From assembly GCA_963810095.1 (NCBI GenBank), contig CAWEMM010000007.1, positions 448,001 to 512,000 of the forward strand: 64,000 nt of DNA, written 5' to 3'. The translations under genes were made by a program, and so were the position numbers. Below, one piece after another: positions 9,748 through 19,967 of the stretch (positions are counted from its first letter, which is position 1; every line of letters begins with the position of its first letter). Origin of the DNA: an uncultured Chloroflexia bacterium. GTDB taxonomy: Bacteria > Chloroflexota > Anaerolineae > CG2-30-64-16. The notes under the pieces are model-generated. The model was not told where the DNA came from. It made no database searches and was given only the letters and a program-made list of their open reading frames with translations.

Positions 9748-10827
9748 CTAACGATACCACCCACATTCTTTGATCGTCTCGTACATGACGATCACGTTCT
9801 CGACGGGGGTCTCCGGCAGCAGGTAGTCGTGGCTGGGCGACGCGATGAACCCCCCGCCCGGCATCATGGTGGTGAGCGTGTCGATGGTCAGCTGGCGGGC
9901 CTCGGCCTGCGTTCCCTCGATCAGGGCCTGAGTGTCCACGCAGCCGAAGAAAGTCATCTGGTCGCCAAAGTCCGCCTTCAGGCCGTCGAGCGCCATCCCG
10001 GTGCAGTAGGGCTGCACGGACTGGATACCGTCGAGGCCCATGGCGATCATATCGGGGATGAAGTGGCGGATGGAGCCGTCGCAGTGGAGGACGACCACCT
10101 TCCCGAACTCGTGCCCCAGGTCCACGAAGCGCTTAAGATGCGGCAGCACGTACGTGCGGAACTGGCGCGGCCCGACCATGGGTCCGTTCTGCGCGCCCAG
10201 ATCGTTCCCGATGAAGAACACGTCGACCGCATCGCCCGAGGCTTCGAAGATGCGCCGCGAGACCGCCAGGTAATAGTCGGCACAGCGGCCGATCACCTCG
10301 TGCGCGATGTCGGGCTGATCGTGCATTGCGTAGATCAGGCCGTCGAACCCGAGCAGATCGATCGCATCGTGCCAGAAGGGGGACCACTCGCCACCCAGGA
10401 TCGCGTATTCCCGGTCGTATTTCAGCGCGTCCGCCCGGACCTGCGACACGTCGATCCACTCGGGGTCGGGCCACCACTCGTAAGCCTGCACTTCGGCTAA
10501 CGTTTGAGCATCCTTCAACGGTTCGTGCAGGGGCATCCCATAACCATAGCCGTAGCGCTCGACGCCGAAGGGCGTGCGGTACGTGGCGTCGGGCCGCGAC
10601 AGATTCCTGCTGGGGTGCGTGCGCTCGGGCCCGGCGTAGCTGCTGAAGACCCGGCGAAAATCGTCGCCGAGGTAGACGGACAGCGCCTCGTCATCCGGCA
10701 GACTCAGGTAGTCGCACGCAATCGCGCGCCATTCGGGCGAGGCGCCGAGCCAGCACGGCACCCGATCCGGCTCGCGGTGCCCAAATGCGGTCAACACGCG
10801 GTCTCGGGAAGAGAGAGTTGGTTTCAC
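9748..10827 (-). CDS. Second URO-D-like / MtaA-CmuA family protein
   Basis: SRDRV..HREPDRVP, GNDLG, LHCDG, FFGCVDTQ, GGFIASPSH and PVENV motifs. Confidence 0.8.
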   Translation of the reverse strand: MKPTLSSRDRVLTAFGHREPDRVPCWLGASPEWRAIACDYLSLPDDEALSVYLGDDFRRVFSSYAGPERTHPSRNLSRPDATYRTPFGVERYGYGYGMPLHEPLKDAQTLAEVQAYEWWPDPEWIDVSQVRADALKYDREYAILGGEWSPFWHDAIDLLGFDGLIYAMHDQPDIAHEVIGRCADYYLAVSRRIFEASGDAVDVFFIGNDLGAQNGPMVGPRQFRTYVLPHLKRFVDLGHEFGKVVVLHCDGSIRHFIPDMIAMGLDGIQSVQPYCTGMALDGLKADFGDQMTFFGCVDTQALIEGTQAEARQLTIDTLTTMMPGGGFIASPSHDYLLPETPVENVIVMYETIKECGWYR

Positions 10828-11937
10828 GACGCCTCCGACAGAGACAGGGGTCGCACATCGCCGGGATCATGGGCGACGGCAGGCTGCGGCGTGACCGCCG
10901 CGGGCGCGAGGGGCAGGGAGAGCGAGCCTTCATCGAGCCGGCTGCCGCAGGAGTGGCGCACGATGAGCCGCGTCGGCAGCATGATGTGTCGCGGCGCCAT
11001 GGGCGTCTGGGCGGCCAGCGTGCCCAGCAGCAAGCGGGCGGCCTCGAATCCCATCTCGTAGGCCGGCTGCTCGGCGACGGTCAGAAACGGGAACAGCTGC
11101 GATGTGGGGGCCAGGTCGTCGAAGCAGACGAGCGCGACATCCTGGGGCACCCGCAGGCCAGCCTCGCCGATGGCCTCTACCGCGCCGAGCGCGATAGCGT
11201 TATTGGCGGCAAAAACGGCAGTGATGTCGGGCCGCTCTTGGAGCAGGGTTTCCATCATCTGCCGGCCCGAGCCCTCGCGAAACTCCCCATAACGCACCAG
11301 CGCCGCGTCGATTGGGAGTCCGGCGTGCATGAGGGCGGCCTCGTAGCCGGCTACACGGTCCTGCGAGGTGGAGGCGTCGGCCGGGCCGGTGATCATGGCG
11401 ATCTTGCGGTGACCGAGCAGGATCAGGTGTCGCACCAGTGCGTGGGCGCCGCCCACCGAATCGCCGCGCACCGTGTCCACGTCCCAGCGGTCGATGCGCC
11501 GGTCGATCACGACGGTCGCTACGCCCCGGTCGCGCAGGAGGGCCAACTTGCCCGGGTCCGAATCACAGGGCGCGATGATGACGCCGTCGACCTGCTGGCT
11601 GACGACCACTTCGAGGTAGCGCGCTTGCTTCTCCGCGTTCTCGTCCGAGTTGCAGAGTAGAACCGAGTAGCCGCCCTTCTGGGCCGCATCCTCGACGCCA
11701 CGCGCGACGGTGGGCCAGAACGGATTGGTGATGTCGGGCAGGATCAGGGCGAGGGAGCGCGTGCGCCGCGAGCGCAGGCTGCGGGCAACCACGTTGGGCA
11801 CGTAACCCAGTTCGGCGATGGCCACGTTGACGCGCTCGCGGGTCGCGGCGTTAACGTTTCGGCGCGCCGTTAAGCACCCGTGAAACCGTCACGGGGGACA
11901 CGCCTGCACGCCTGGCCACATCGGTAATCGTGGTCAC
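10824..11937 (-). CDS. LacI-family transcriptional regulator (one frameshift near 11860)
   Basis: HTH TTITDVARRAGVSPVTVSRVLN starts at GTG 11937 in a different frame from the ELGYVPN...PDITNPFW ligand-binding domain (ORF 10824..11825). Confidence 0.85.
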
Positions 11938-12003
11938 GCCTTGCTCCGAGCCGGAAGTAGATGCGGGGAAGGGTCTGGTACGCATCACACGATAGCGCGT
12001 TTG

Positions 12004-12031
12004 TGATACGCATATCATGGAATCGTTATCA
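12004..12031. promoter_or_regulatory. Tandem LacI-type operators (TGATACGCATATCA and TGGAATCGTTATCA)
   Basis: Two adjacent 14-bp imperfect palindromes of TG..A.CG.T..CA type immediately downstream of the -10 box of the lacI-family gene. Confidence 0.65.
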
Positions 12032-12058
12032 TTATAGTGGGCCGGGTGGATTTGTCAA
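12031..12058 (-). promoter_or_regulatory. Sigma70-type promoter of the sugar locus
   Basis: Minus strand reads TTGACA-16 bp-TATAAT, with both hexamers matching consensus. Confidence 0.85.
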
Positions 12059-12309
12059 GCCTGAGTTTTTAGAGCGAACTATCCAGCCAGGAGGCGGTGA
12101 GGGCCGGCGTCTGGAACCATTTCCCCAACGGTAAGCCAGCGTACGAAGCGGAGCCGCCTGGCAGGCGTATAGAGCTTGTGGTGAATTCGTGATGTTCTTG
12201 TGCGTATGAATCGCGCACGGGGTGTTCGGACCGCCCTCCGCACGCTTTCGGGCGTGAGAGCACAGACCCGGCTCTCACCCAGCGCCAGACTTGTTCGAGG
12301 AGCGAATGT

Positions 12310-14688
12310 ATGAATGAGCGTGATCCGTTGCCGCTGCAGGGCGACCGCGTCCCCCTGGGCGGGGACTACTGGCGTTCTGATCCCGGAGTGCCGCTGTGGG
12401 GCTTTGCCGACACGCACGCGCACCTGATGGCGCACCTGGCGTTTGGCGGCGAGGCCTTCTGGGGCCTGCCCTACCACCCCGAGTATCCGAGTGGGCCGGC
12501 CGGGCTCGAGCACGCGCTGCCCACATGCGAGCCGGTGCACGGGGGCTTGCTCGACATCAACCCGGAGATCGGGCATCCTGCTGCGGGCGGATGGCCAGAA
12601 TTCATCATCTGGCCGCGATTCACGACGCTCGTCCACCAGCAGGTGTACATCGACTGGTTGTACCGGGCCTACCAGGGCGGTCTGCGCCTCATCACGTGTC
12701 TCGCGGTCAACAATGAGCTGCTGGCGACCAAGACCACGCCGGGCGGGCACGACAACGACGACCGGTCGGCCATCGAGCGGCAAGTCAAGGCGATGCAGGA
12801 AATGGGCGCGTGGGTCGAGAAGCACGACGGCGAACCGGGCCGCGCCTGGCTTCAGGTTGTCTACTCGCCCGAGGAGGCGCGGCAGGTCATCGCAGAGAAC
12901 CGGCTGGCCGTCGTCCTGGGGGTCGAGGTGGACTCGCTTGGCAACTGGCGGAGACCCGAGGACCTGGAGGAGCTTTCGGGCGGCGATATCGACCGGGCCC
13001 GGGCGATCATTCGTGCCGAAATCGAGTGGCTCCATGGGCTGGGCGTCCGCCAGATCACTCCGATTCACCTCACCAACAACGCGTTTGGCGGCACCGCGAT
13101 CTACATGCACTTCCTCGAGACCGTCAACATGTTCGTGACGGGCGAGCCGTGGGAGGTCGAGAACCGCTGGGAAACCGGCGTGCGCTACCGGCTCGATCGC
13201 GACGGCGACGACTTGCTCGACGAGTTCGAGCGGGCCGTCGCGGTGATGGGCCGCAAGCGCACGATGAACCGGAAGAGCCTGGTCGACCACATTCCCGGAA
13301 TCAGTGGCCTGCTCGAGGGCAGCCGCATTCCGAAAGTGGGCGGCGGGCACGCGAATGTGCGCGGGCTGAACAAGTTTGGCGTCGTGATGATCCAGGAACT
13401 GATGGCCCGCGGCTTCCTGATCGACGTCGATCACATGTCGGAGAAGGCCCTGGACGCCGCCTTGGCCCTGGTCGAGGCGGTAGACTACCCGGTGATGTGC
13501 TCGCACACCTGGTTCCGCGACCTGCTCTACAGCGCGGATGTGGACATGGACGTGCCCGGCTGGGACAATCAGTATGGCACCGACGACGTCCAAAAGGTGG
13601 CGCACGAGGCCGGGAAGCGCGGGGACCAGGTCGAAAAGATCGCGAAGTTGGGCGGCATCATTTCGCCCATCATCAACCAGGGCGACATGGCCGGGCTGAA
13701 GCGCACCCTGCCCGAGTTGGCGCAGAAAATCCCGGTGCTCTGCACGGGCTCGAGCACCGCCTGGGCCCAGGCCTACCTCTACACGCTCGCCAAGTCGGGC
13801 GGACGAGGGGTTGCGATCGGCTCGGACGTCAACGGTGCGGCGGGACTGCCCGGCCCGCGGTTCGGGCCCTACGCCGCCTTCGGCGCAAAGGATGATGCCC
13901 GGCGCATGGCCGAGCGCCGCCGGGAGATCGACGAGCAGGTGAACGGCGTCGCGTACGACACGCCCATCAAGGATTACCGCTGGCACAGGTTCGATGCCGC
14001 CGATCCGGGCGCCTACGACGAGGAGGAGGAGGATATCTGGCAAGCCATAGCGCAGTACGAAGCCGGGTTCAACCCGTGGATCCTCCATCACCACTCGAGT
14101 GACTATCCCGAACCTTCCGTGCAGCGGGCGATGGAGCTGGCCCGGGTTATCCATGACCAGGATGAAGTGGACGACATGACCAAGGGCTTCATCGCGGCGG
14201 ACCTCCGCATCCCGGTTGCGGACGATCAGATCGACGACTGGTCTCTCGAGCTTCGGGCGGGCTACCTGGCGCGCAAGCAGGGCCTGGGGCCCGCCAAGTG
14301 GCAGAACGAGGCGGCCCGCAAGCTGGCTGCCCGCATCAATGCGATCTGGATCAAGTGGAATCAGATGCACGGCAACAACGCGCCACTGCAGCGGGCGACC
14401 GCGGGCGAGCGCCGCGACTTTGACTACAACATCGACGGCATGGCGCACTACGGGCTGATGCCCGACTTTCTGCAGGATCTGCGGAACGTGGGCCTGAGCC
14501 CGGACGACCTGGCGCCCTTGTTCCGGGGCGCGTACGACTACATTGTTATGTGGGAGAAGGCGGCCGACCGGGCGCAGGCGTTTGCGCAGGCGCGTGAAAT
14601 CGCCGCCGCGCAGGACAACAAGGAGCCGCCGCTCGCCAGGGACATCCGCGAGAACCTGGGCCTGGAGGCCGCGGGCGAACAGGGCTAG
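12310..14688 (+). CDS. Membrane-dipeptidase (M19)-like amidohydrolase-fold protein
   Basis: GFADTHAH metal motif, LGVEVD, PIH, IDVDHMS, SHT, IGSD and GMAHYGLMPDF; carries a large insertion near the C-terminus. Confidence 0.65.
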   Translation: MNERDPLPLQGDRVPLGGDYWRSDPGVPLWGFADTHAHLMAHLAFGGEAFWGLPYHPEYPSGPAGLEHALPTCEPVHGGLLDINPEIGHPAAGGWPEFIIWPRFTTLVHQQVYIDWLYRAYQGGLRLITCLAVNNELLATKTTPGGHDNDDRSAIERQVKAMQEMGAWVEKHDGEPGRAWLQVVYSPEEARQVIAENRLAVVLGVEVDSLGNWRRPEDLEELSGGDIDRARAIIRAEIEWLHGLGVRQITPIHLTNNAFGGTAIYMHFLETVNMFVTGEPWEVENRWETGVRYRLDRDGDDLLDEFERAVAVMGRKRTMNRKSLVDHIPGISGLLEGSRIPKVGGGHANVRGLNKFGVVMIQELMARGFLIDVDHMSEKALDAALALVEAVDYPVMCSHTWFRDLLYSADVDMDVPGWDNQYGTDDVQKVAHEAGKRGDQVEKIAKLGGIISPIINQGDMAGLKRTLPELAQKIPVLCTGSSTAWAQAYLYTLAKSGGRGVAIGSDVNGAAGLPGPRFGPYAAFGAKDDARRMAERRREIDEQVNGVAYDTPIKDYRWHRFDAADPGAYDEEEEDIWQAIAQYEAGFNPWILHHHSSDYPEPSVQRAMELARVIHDQDEVDDMTKGFIAADLRIPVADDQIDDWSLELRAGYLARKQGLGPAKWQNEAARKLAARINAIWIKWNQMHGNNAPLQRATAGERRDFDYNIDGMAHYGLMPDFLQDLRNVGLSPDDLAPLFRGAYDYIVMWEKAADRAQAFAQAREIAAAQDNKEPPLARDIRENLGLEAAGEQG

Positions 14689-15076
14689 CCGCATCGTCCG
14701 TCGTAATGAGGGCCGGTGGAGACCTGCGTCCGCCGGCCCTTTGTTGCCTCGGGATATGTTCGGGGCCGGTAGTGGACTAATGCGTCACGAGCTGTTTCTT
14801 TGGGTTTGCACTCTGTTCATTCGCCTGATACAATCGCCACGGTTAATCGTTCTCCATCATGCTTGGTTGTGACCCACTCCCGCGTACGGCCCGGTTAGGA
14901 AGTCGCCGGGGCGCGAGATCCAGAGAGGAGGTTCCTGCCCACCAGTTCCACCTGACTCGGACAACCGCATTCCCTCATGCAACGCGCGCGTGCCCTGCCC
15001 CTGGTCCATTCGCACCCGCGTGCTGCCGCCGGTCCAATGATTAGTAAAGCCACTTGATTCGGTATGGAGGTCCAAA

Positions 15077-18043
15077 ATGTCCGGTCGGTCCTCGCGAGCG
15101 CGGCTCTCGGTTGCGCTTCGCCTCGCCCTTGTCGTCATCTTCGCGCTCGGCGCCTTTGCACCCCTGGCCAGCGCCCAGCGGGAGTTTCCCTCCTCCGCTG
15201 AGCCCGTCAAGAGCCCCAACGGCATCTACATTGTTCAGCTGACGGGTGCCCCTGTCTCGGCCTATCGCGGCGGCGTTGCCGGCCTTCGCGGCACGGCAGT
15301 CCCGGAAGGCACGCGGCCTGACCGCGACGCCGCGGATGTCCAAGCCTACAGCGCATTCCTGGTCGAGCGCCAGAATGAAGTCATGCAGGCTGTGGGCGCA
15401 TCCGAGAGCGTCTACAACTACACCTACCTGTACAACGGCTTTGCGGCCAAGATGACTCACGAGCAGGCGCTTGCTGCCGCCGCCATGCCTGAGGTCGTTG
15501 CCGTGACGCCCGATACCATCGTCGAGGCGGACACGACCACTACGCCGCAGTTCCTCGGCCTCGATGCGCCCGGCGGCCTCTGGGCCCAGCTGGGCGGCCC
15601 CAGCCGGGCGGGTGAAGGCGTCATCATCGGCGTCATCGACTCCGGCATTTGGCCCGAGAGCGCCAGCTTCACGGACGACGGCAACAACCGGCCGCTCCCG
15701 CGCTGGAAGGGCAGCTGCGTGCCCGCCGGCGAAGAGTGGACTTCCGCACTGTGCAACGGCAAGCTGATCGGCGCCAAGTACTACAATGCGGGCATGGGCG
15801 GCAACGCCGGCATCGACGCGACCCGGCCCTGGGAATACAACTCGCCCCGTGACTACAACGCTCACGGCACGCACACGTCGAGCACTGCGGGCGGCAATTA
15901 CCATGTCGCGGCCAGCGCGCAGGGCAACTCCCTGGGCTACACCAGCGGCATGGCGCCCCGAGCCAGGATCGCGATGTACAAGGCGCTCTGGAGCACGCAA
16001 GACGCTTCGACCGCTAGCGGCACCACCAGCGACCTGGTCGCAGCCATCAATGACGCGGTCGCAGACGGCGTCAACGTCATCAACTACTCGATCAGCGGCT
16101 CCACGAGCAGCGTGACCGACCCGGCCGAGCAGGCGTTCCTGCAGGCCGCCGGCCTCGGCGTGTTCGTCTCCGCGTCGGCGGGCAACAGCGGCCCGACCGC
16201 CAGCACCGTCGCCCACAACAGCCCATGGCTCACCACCGTCGCGGCCGGCACGCACGATCGCGGGTATGAGGCCACCATCACGCTTGGCAACGGTGCCACC
16301 TACAAGGGTGTGTCGCTGGGCAACGGCGCGGGCCCCGCACCACTCATCCTGTCGACCGCCGCGGGTCTGGCGGGCGCGGACGCGACCGCAGTACGGCTGT
16401 GCTACAGCGGCAGCTACCTCGACCCAGCCAAGGTTGCCGGCAAGATCGTCGTGTGCGACCGCGGCACAAATGCCCGCGTCGACAAGAGCCTCGCGGTGCA
16501 GCAGGCAGGCGGCGTCGGCATGATCCTGACCAACGTGTCGCCGAGCACGCTGAATGCCGACATCCACTACGTGCCCACGATCCACGTGGACGAGGTGGCG
16601 GGCGCGGCGATCAAGACGTATGTCAACGCCGACGCGGCCGCTGCGACGGCGACCTTGGGGCCCGCGGTCGTGATCAAGACCGAGGCGCCCTTCGTCGCGT
16701 CCTTCTCCTCCCGCGGCCCGGCCATCGCGATTTCCGGCAACTTGCTGAAGCCGGACATCATGGCGCCCGGAGTCGACATCATCGCATCCGTTTCGCCCTC
16801 GGTCGGCGGCTACAACTTCAACTTTATGAGCGGCACCTCCATGGCCGCGCCGCACATCGCGGGTATCGCGGCCCTGCTCAAGGCCCGCCAGCCCGCCTGG
16901 ACGCCTGACATGATCAAATCCGCGATCATGACCTCGGCGGGCCAGAAGACCAACTGGGGCAACCCCCTGACGGGCAATCCGTTCGGTTACGGCGCGGGCC
17001 AGGTCAACCCCAACGGCGCGATCAACCCCGGCCTGGTGTACCGGATCGCAATGCAGGATTACGTCGCGTTCCTGTGCGGCCAGGGCATCTACCCGAACAA
17101 GAACCCGAACGTCTGCAACATCCGCAAGATCGGCGCCAGCGATCTGAACCTGCCCTCCATCGCCATCGGAGCCATGCCCGGCACGCAGACGGTGAAGCGC
17201 ACGGTCCTCAATGTGACCAACAAGACCTTGACCTTCACGGCGGCCGCGAGCGTGCCCGGGATGACGGTCGAGGTGACGCCCGCGAAGTTCACGATCGGCC
17301 CGTCCGGCTCCGCGACCTTCACGGTCAAGTTCACCCGCACGACGGCTACGTTGAACAGCTACGCGTTCGGCTCGCTGACGTGGTCGAGCGCGGGCTACAC
17401 GGTTCGCAGCCCGCTCGCAATCCGGCCGGTCGCCATCGCGGCGCCTGGCCAGGTGACCGGCGCGGGCGCGAGCGGTTCGGCGTCGTACGGCGTCCAGTTC
17501 GGCTATGATGGCCCGTTCGCGGCGCTGCCGCACGGCCTCGTAGCCTCCACGTCGTTCAACAGCACGATCAGCACGGGTGAGACGCAGTCGTTCTCGGTGG
17601 TCGTCCCTGCGGGAACGAAGCTCGCGCGCTTCTCGCTGTTCGACGCGCAGGTCAGCCAGGCGAGCGACCTGGACCTCGAAGTGTACCGCGGCTCAACCCT
17701 CGTCGGTTCCAGCGGCGGGGGCACCTCCGAGGAAGAGGTCAACCTGGTTAACCCCACCGCCGCCACCTACACCGTACGGGTGGTCGGCTTCGACACGGGC
17801 GCGACGCCGAGCAACTACACCCTCTTCACCTGGGCCGTTCCGGCCACCGACGCGGGCAACATGACCGTGAGTGCGCCCGCGACGGCGACCACCGGCGCGG
17901 CGGGCTCGGTCACCCTCAACTGGGCTGGCCTGACCGCAGGCACGAAGTACCTGGGCACCGTGACCTATCACAATGTCGCGGCGCCGGCCAGCTATGACGA
18001 CGGCCGCATCGGCTCGTCCGTCGTGCTCGTGAACACCGACTGA
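15077..18043 (+). CDS. Secreted S8 subtilase with I9 propeptide, PA, Fn3-like and PPC domains
   Basis: Signal peptide; catalytic motifs GVIDSG, HGTHT and SGTSMAAPH; PA domain GKIVVCDRG; DLDLEVY. Confidence 0.92.
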   Translation: MSGRSSRARLSVALRLALVVIFALGAFAPLASAQREFPSSAEPVKSPNGIYIVQLTGAPVSAYRGGVAGLRGTAVPEGTRPDRDAADVQAYSAFLVERQNEVMQAVGASESVYNYTYLYNGFAAKMTHEQALAAAAMPEVVAVTPDTIVEADTTTTPQFLGLDAPGGLWAQLGGPSRAGEGVIIGVIDSGIWPESASFTDDGNNRPLPRWKGSCVPAGEEWTSALCNGKLIGAKYYNAGMGGNAGIDATRPWEYNSPRDYNAHGTHTSSTAGGNYHVAASAQGNSLGYTSGMAPRARIAMYKALWSTQDASTASGTTSDLVAAINDAVADGVNVINYSISGSTSSVTDPAEQAFLQAAGLGVFVSASAGNSGPTASTVAHNSPWLTTVAAGTHDRGYEATITLGNGATYKGVSLGNGAGPAPLILSTAAGLAGADATAVRLCYSGSYLDPAKVAGKIVVCDRGTNARVDKSLAVQQAGGVGMILTNVSPSTLNADIHYVPTIHVDEVAGAAIKTYVNADAAAATATLGPAVVIKTEAPFVASFSSRGPAIAISGNLLKPDIMAPGVDIIASVSPSVGGYNFNFMSGTSMAAPHIAGIAALLKARQPAWTPDMIKSAIMTSAGQKTNWGNPLTGNPFGYGAGQVNPNGAINPGLVYRIAMQDYVAFLCGQGIYPNKNPNVCNIRKIGASDLNLPSIAIGAMPGTQTVKRTVLNVTNKTLTFTAAASVPGMTVEVTPAKFTIGPSGSATFTVKFTRTTATLNSYAFGSLTWSSAGYTVRSPLAIRPVAIAAPGQVTGAGASGSASYGVQFGYDGPFAALPHGLVASTSFNSTISTGETQSFSVVVPAGTKLARFSLFDAQVSQASDLDLEVYRGSTLVGSSGGGTSEEEVNLVNPTAATYTVRVVGFDTGATPSNYTLFTWAVPATDAGNMTVSAPATATTGAAGSVTLNWAGLTAGTKYLGTVTYHNVAAPASYDDGRIGSSVVLVNTD

Positions 18044-18083
18044 GTGAGCGCTGGCTGACGGCCGACGCTCGGTAGCTAACTAG

Positions 18084-18115
18084 AAGGGCCGGCGGACACT
18101 TGTCCACCGGCCCTT
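18084..18115. terminator. Hairpin between convergent genes
   Basis: aagggccggcggacacttgtccaccggccctt inverted repeat. Confidence 0.55.
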
Positions 18116-18144
18116 GCCGTTTATGGCAACCACCCGCGGCAGCA

Positions 18145-18465
18145 TCACATCGCGGGATATATCTCGTACAGCGTCACCGAGCCGTTTGCGGCCAGGTGGG
18201 GGCAACTCTGGGCGAACCGAGTGGCTTCGTCCAGGGATTCGGCCCGGAGGATGGAGTAGCCGGTCACCGGGGCCGCAGGTCCGGCCTCGGAGACGCGGCC
18301 GTCGGGCGAAATGGTCTTGGCGCCCGAGTTCGTGGGGTTGCCCGGATCGACAACTGCGGGGCCGATCTGCGTAAACCAGTCTACCCACAACTTGGTGACC
18401 GCCGCGCCTTCGGCTGCGCTGGTGGGTGGGTTGCCGCCCGTGTATAGGAGTAGAAAATTGGCCAT
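18145..18465 (-). CDS. YciI/YCII-like protein
   Basis: 106 aa with FLLLY, VVDPGNP, GYSILRAESLDEA and CPHL pattern; AAGGAG RBS. Confidence 0.75.
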   Translation of the reverse strand: MANFLLLYTGGNPPTSAAEGAAVTKLWVDWFTQIGPAVVDPGNPTNSGAKTISPDGRVSEAGPAAPVTGYSILRAESLDEATRFAQSCPHLAANGSVTLYEIYPAM

Positions 18466-18656
18466 CGGAAACTCCTTCGTGCTTGAGTCGCGTCATACTG
18501 GCGGATCTGACGACCTCAGTATCGCGCTCTGCCCCTGTACTACTGTAGGCGAACTTCCGTTCGATTCTTCACGCAGCCTCCCCGCCTGCACTGCACGGGG
18601 GCTCGGGGGTGGGCGATGACAGGCGCCGGCAGACCAGGGGAGCGGGGAAGGGCACG

Positions 18657-19349
18657 ATGAGCGTGGTAAATGGCGGCACGCCGCTGGACGAGCGCCTTTT
18701 GCTCGAGGCCGCCCGGGAACTGGGGGAACGTGATGCCCGGCTCGCAGCCGTACTCCGGCAGTATGGGCCGCCCCCGCTGTGGGCCCGAGCGCCGGGTTTC
18801 CCTACGCTCGTCCAGATCATTCTCGAGCAGCAGGTGTCTCTTGCGTCGGCACGGGCTGCGTTCGAACGCCTGGAGGCGCTCGCGTCTCCGCTCACTCCCG
18901 AGCGCTTCCTGGAGCTGGACGATGTGACGCTGAAGGCCGCGGGTTTCAGCCGGCAGAAGACGCGGTACGGCCGGGAGCTGGCGCTCGCGGTGCTGTCGGG
19001 CCGGCTGGACCTCGAACGCCTGCCCGCGCTTGACGACGACGCGGTGCGGGCGGAACTGACTGCCATTACCGGGATCGGCCGTTGGAGCGCCGACATCTAC
19101 CTCCTGATGGCGCTCGGCCGGCCCGACGTCTGGCCGTTGGGCGATCTCGCACTGGCGGTCGCGGCCCGCTCGGTGCTGGCGCTCGACGCGCTGCCCACCC
19201 ACGCCCAGCTATTGGAGCTGGCGGAGGGCTGGCGGCCGTGGCGGGCTGTCGCGCGCCCGGCTGCTCTGGCATGCCTATCTGAGCGAGCGCGGGCCGGCGA
19301 AGCGGGCGAACGGCAGCCCGCGCGCCGCCGACAAAGCTGGCGGGGGTGA
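18657..19349 (+). CDS. DNA-3-methyladenine glycosylase II (AlkA-like, HhH-GPD); frameshift near 19255
   Basis: ILEQQVSLASA, GFSRQK, GIGRWSA, DVWPLGD, WRPWR; the expected RLLWHAYL continues in another frame. Confidence 0.85.
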   Translation: MSVVNGGTPLDERLLLEAARELGERDARLAAVLRQYGPPPLWARAPGFPTLVQIILEQQVSLASARAAFERLEALASPLTPERFLELDDVTLKAAGFSRQKTRYGRELALAVLSGRLDLERLPALDDDAVRAELTAITGIGRWSADIYLLMALGRPDVWPLGDLALAVAARSVLALDALPTHAQLLELAEGWRPWRAVARPAALACLSERARAGEAGERQPARRRQSWRG

Positions 19350-19367
19350 CGCCGTAGGGGAGGAAGC

Positions 19368-19943
19368 ATGATCACGCACGAAGCTAAGGGTGACGGGGAG
19401 TTCGCATTGGGTGAGGTGGCCGGGCTGCGGATCAGCATGGGCCGTTCGAGCATCGCCGCGTCGCTGCTGCTGTGGGGGCTGGCCGCGCTGGCCGGCCGGC
19501 GGCTGGCGCGCTTCACCGTCCCGACCGCGGCGGTCGGTGGCCTGCTCGCGGTGCTCCTGCATTGGGCCGCAGAATTGGTGCACCAGCTCGGGCACGCGCG
19601 GGCGGCTGCGAGCACCGGCTACCCGATGACGGGCATCCGCTTCTGGGGCGTCTTCGGCCGGTCGGAGTACCCAGCTGACGAGCCCGAACTGCCGGCTGCC
19701 ATCCACGTGCGGCGGGCGCTGGGTGGGCCGCCGGTCACGATGGCCGTGGGGCTGCTGGCCCTTCCGTTTGCGCTGAAGGCGCGGCGCGGTAGCCTGTTGC
19801 AGGCCGTCGCGGCCCTGGTGCTGCTCGAGAACTTCTTTGTGTTCGGGTTGGGCGCGTTCGTGCCGCTGGGGTTCACGGACGGGAGCACGCTGCTGCGCTG
19901 GCTGCCGAGGCTGCGCAAGGAGCGCGAAGAGACGACCGTGTGA
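19368..19943 (+). CDS. Membrane protein, M50/site-2-protease-like with HQxxH
   Basis: TM helices; ELVHQLGH, ALGGP and PLGFTDG resemble M50 motifs, but Q replaces the catalytic E. Confidence 0.55.
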   Translation: MITHEAKGDGEFALGEVAGLRISMGRSSIAASLLLWGLAALAGRRLARFTVPTAAVGGLLAVLLHWAAELVHQLGHARAAASTGYPMTGIRFWGVFGRSEYPADEPELPAAIHVRRALGGPPVTMAVGLLALPFALKARRGSLLQAVAALVLLENFFVFGLGAFVPLGFTDGSTLLRWLPRLRKEREETTV

Positions 19944-19967
19944 TGAGCAGGGGAGCTCGCGCCGGTG

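Noticed and set aside
12070-12165. Possible structured RNA between the divergent lacI and dipeptidase-like genes; likewise the leaders at ~14860-14960 and ~37050-37300
   Set aside because: Some pairing is possible, but I could not match any riboswitch or ncRNA consensus by eye, and GC-rich DNA pairs by chance. An Infernal/Rfam scan would decide.
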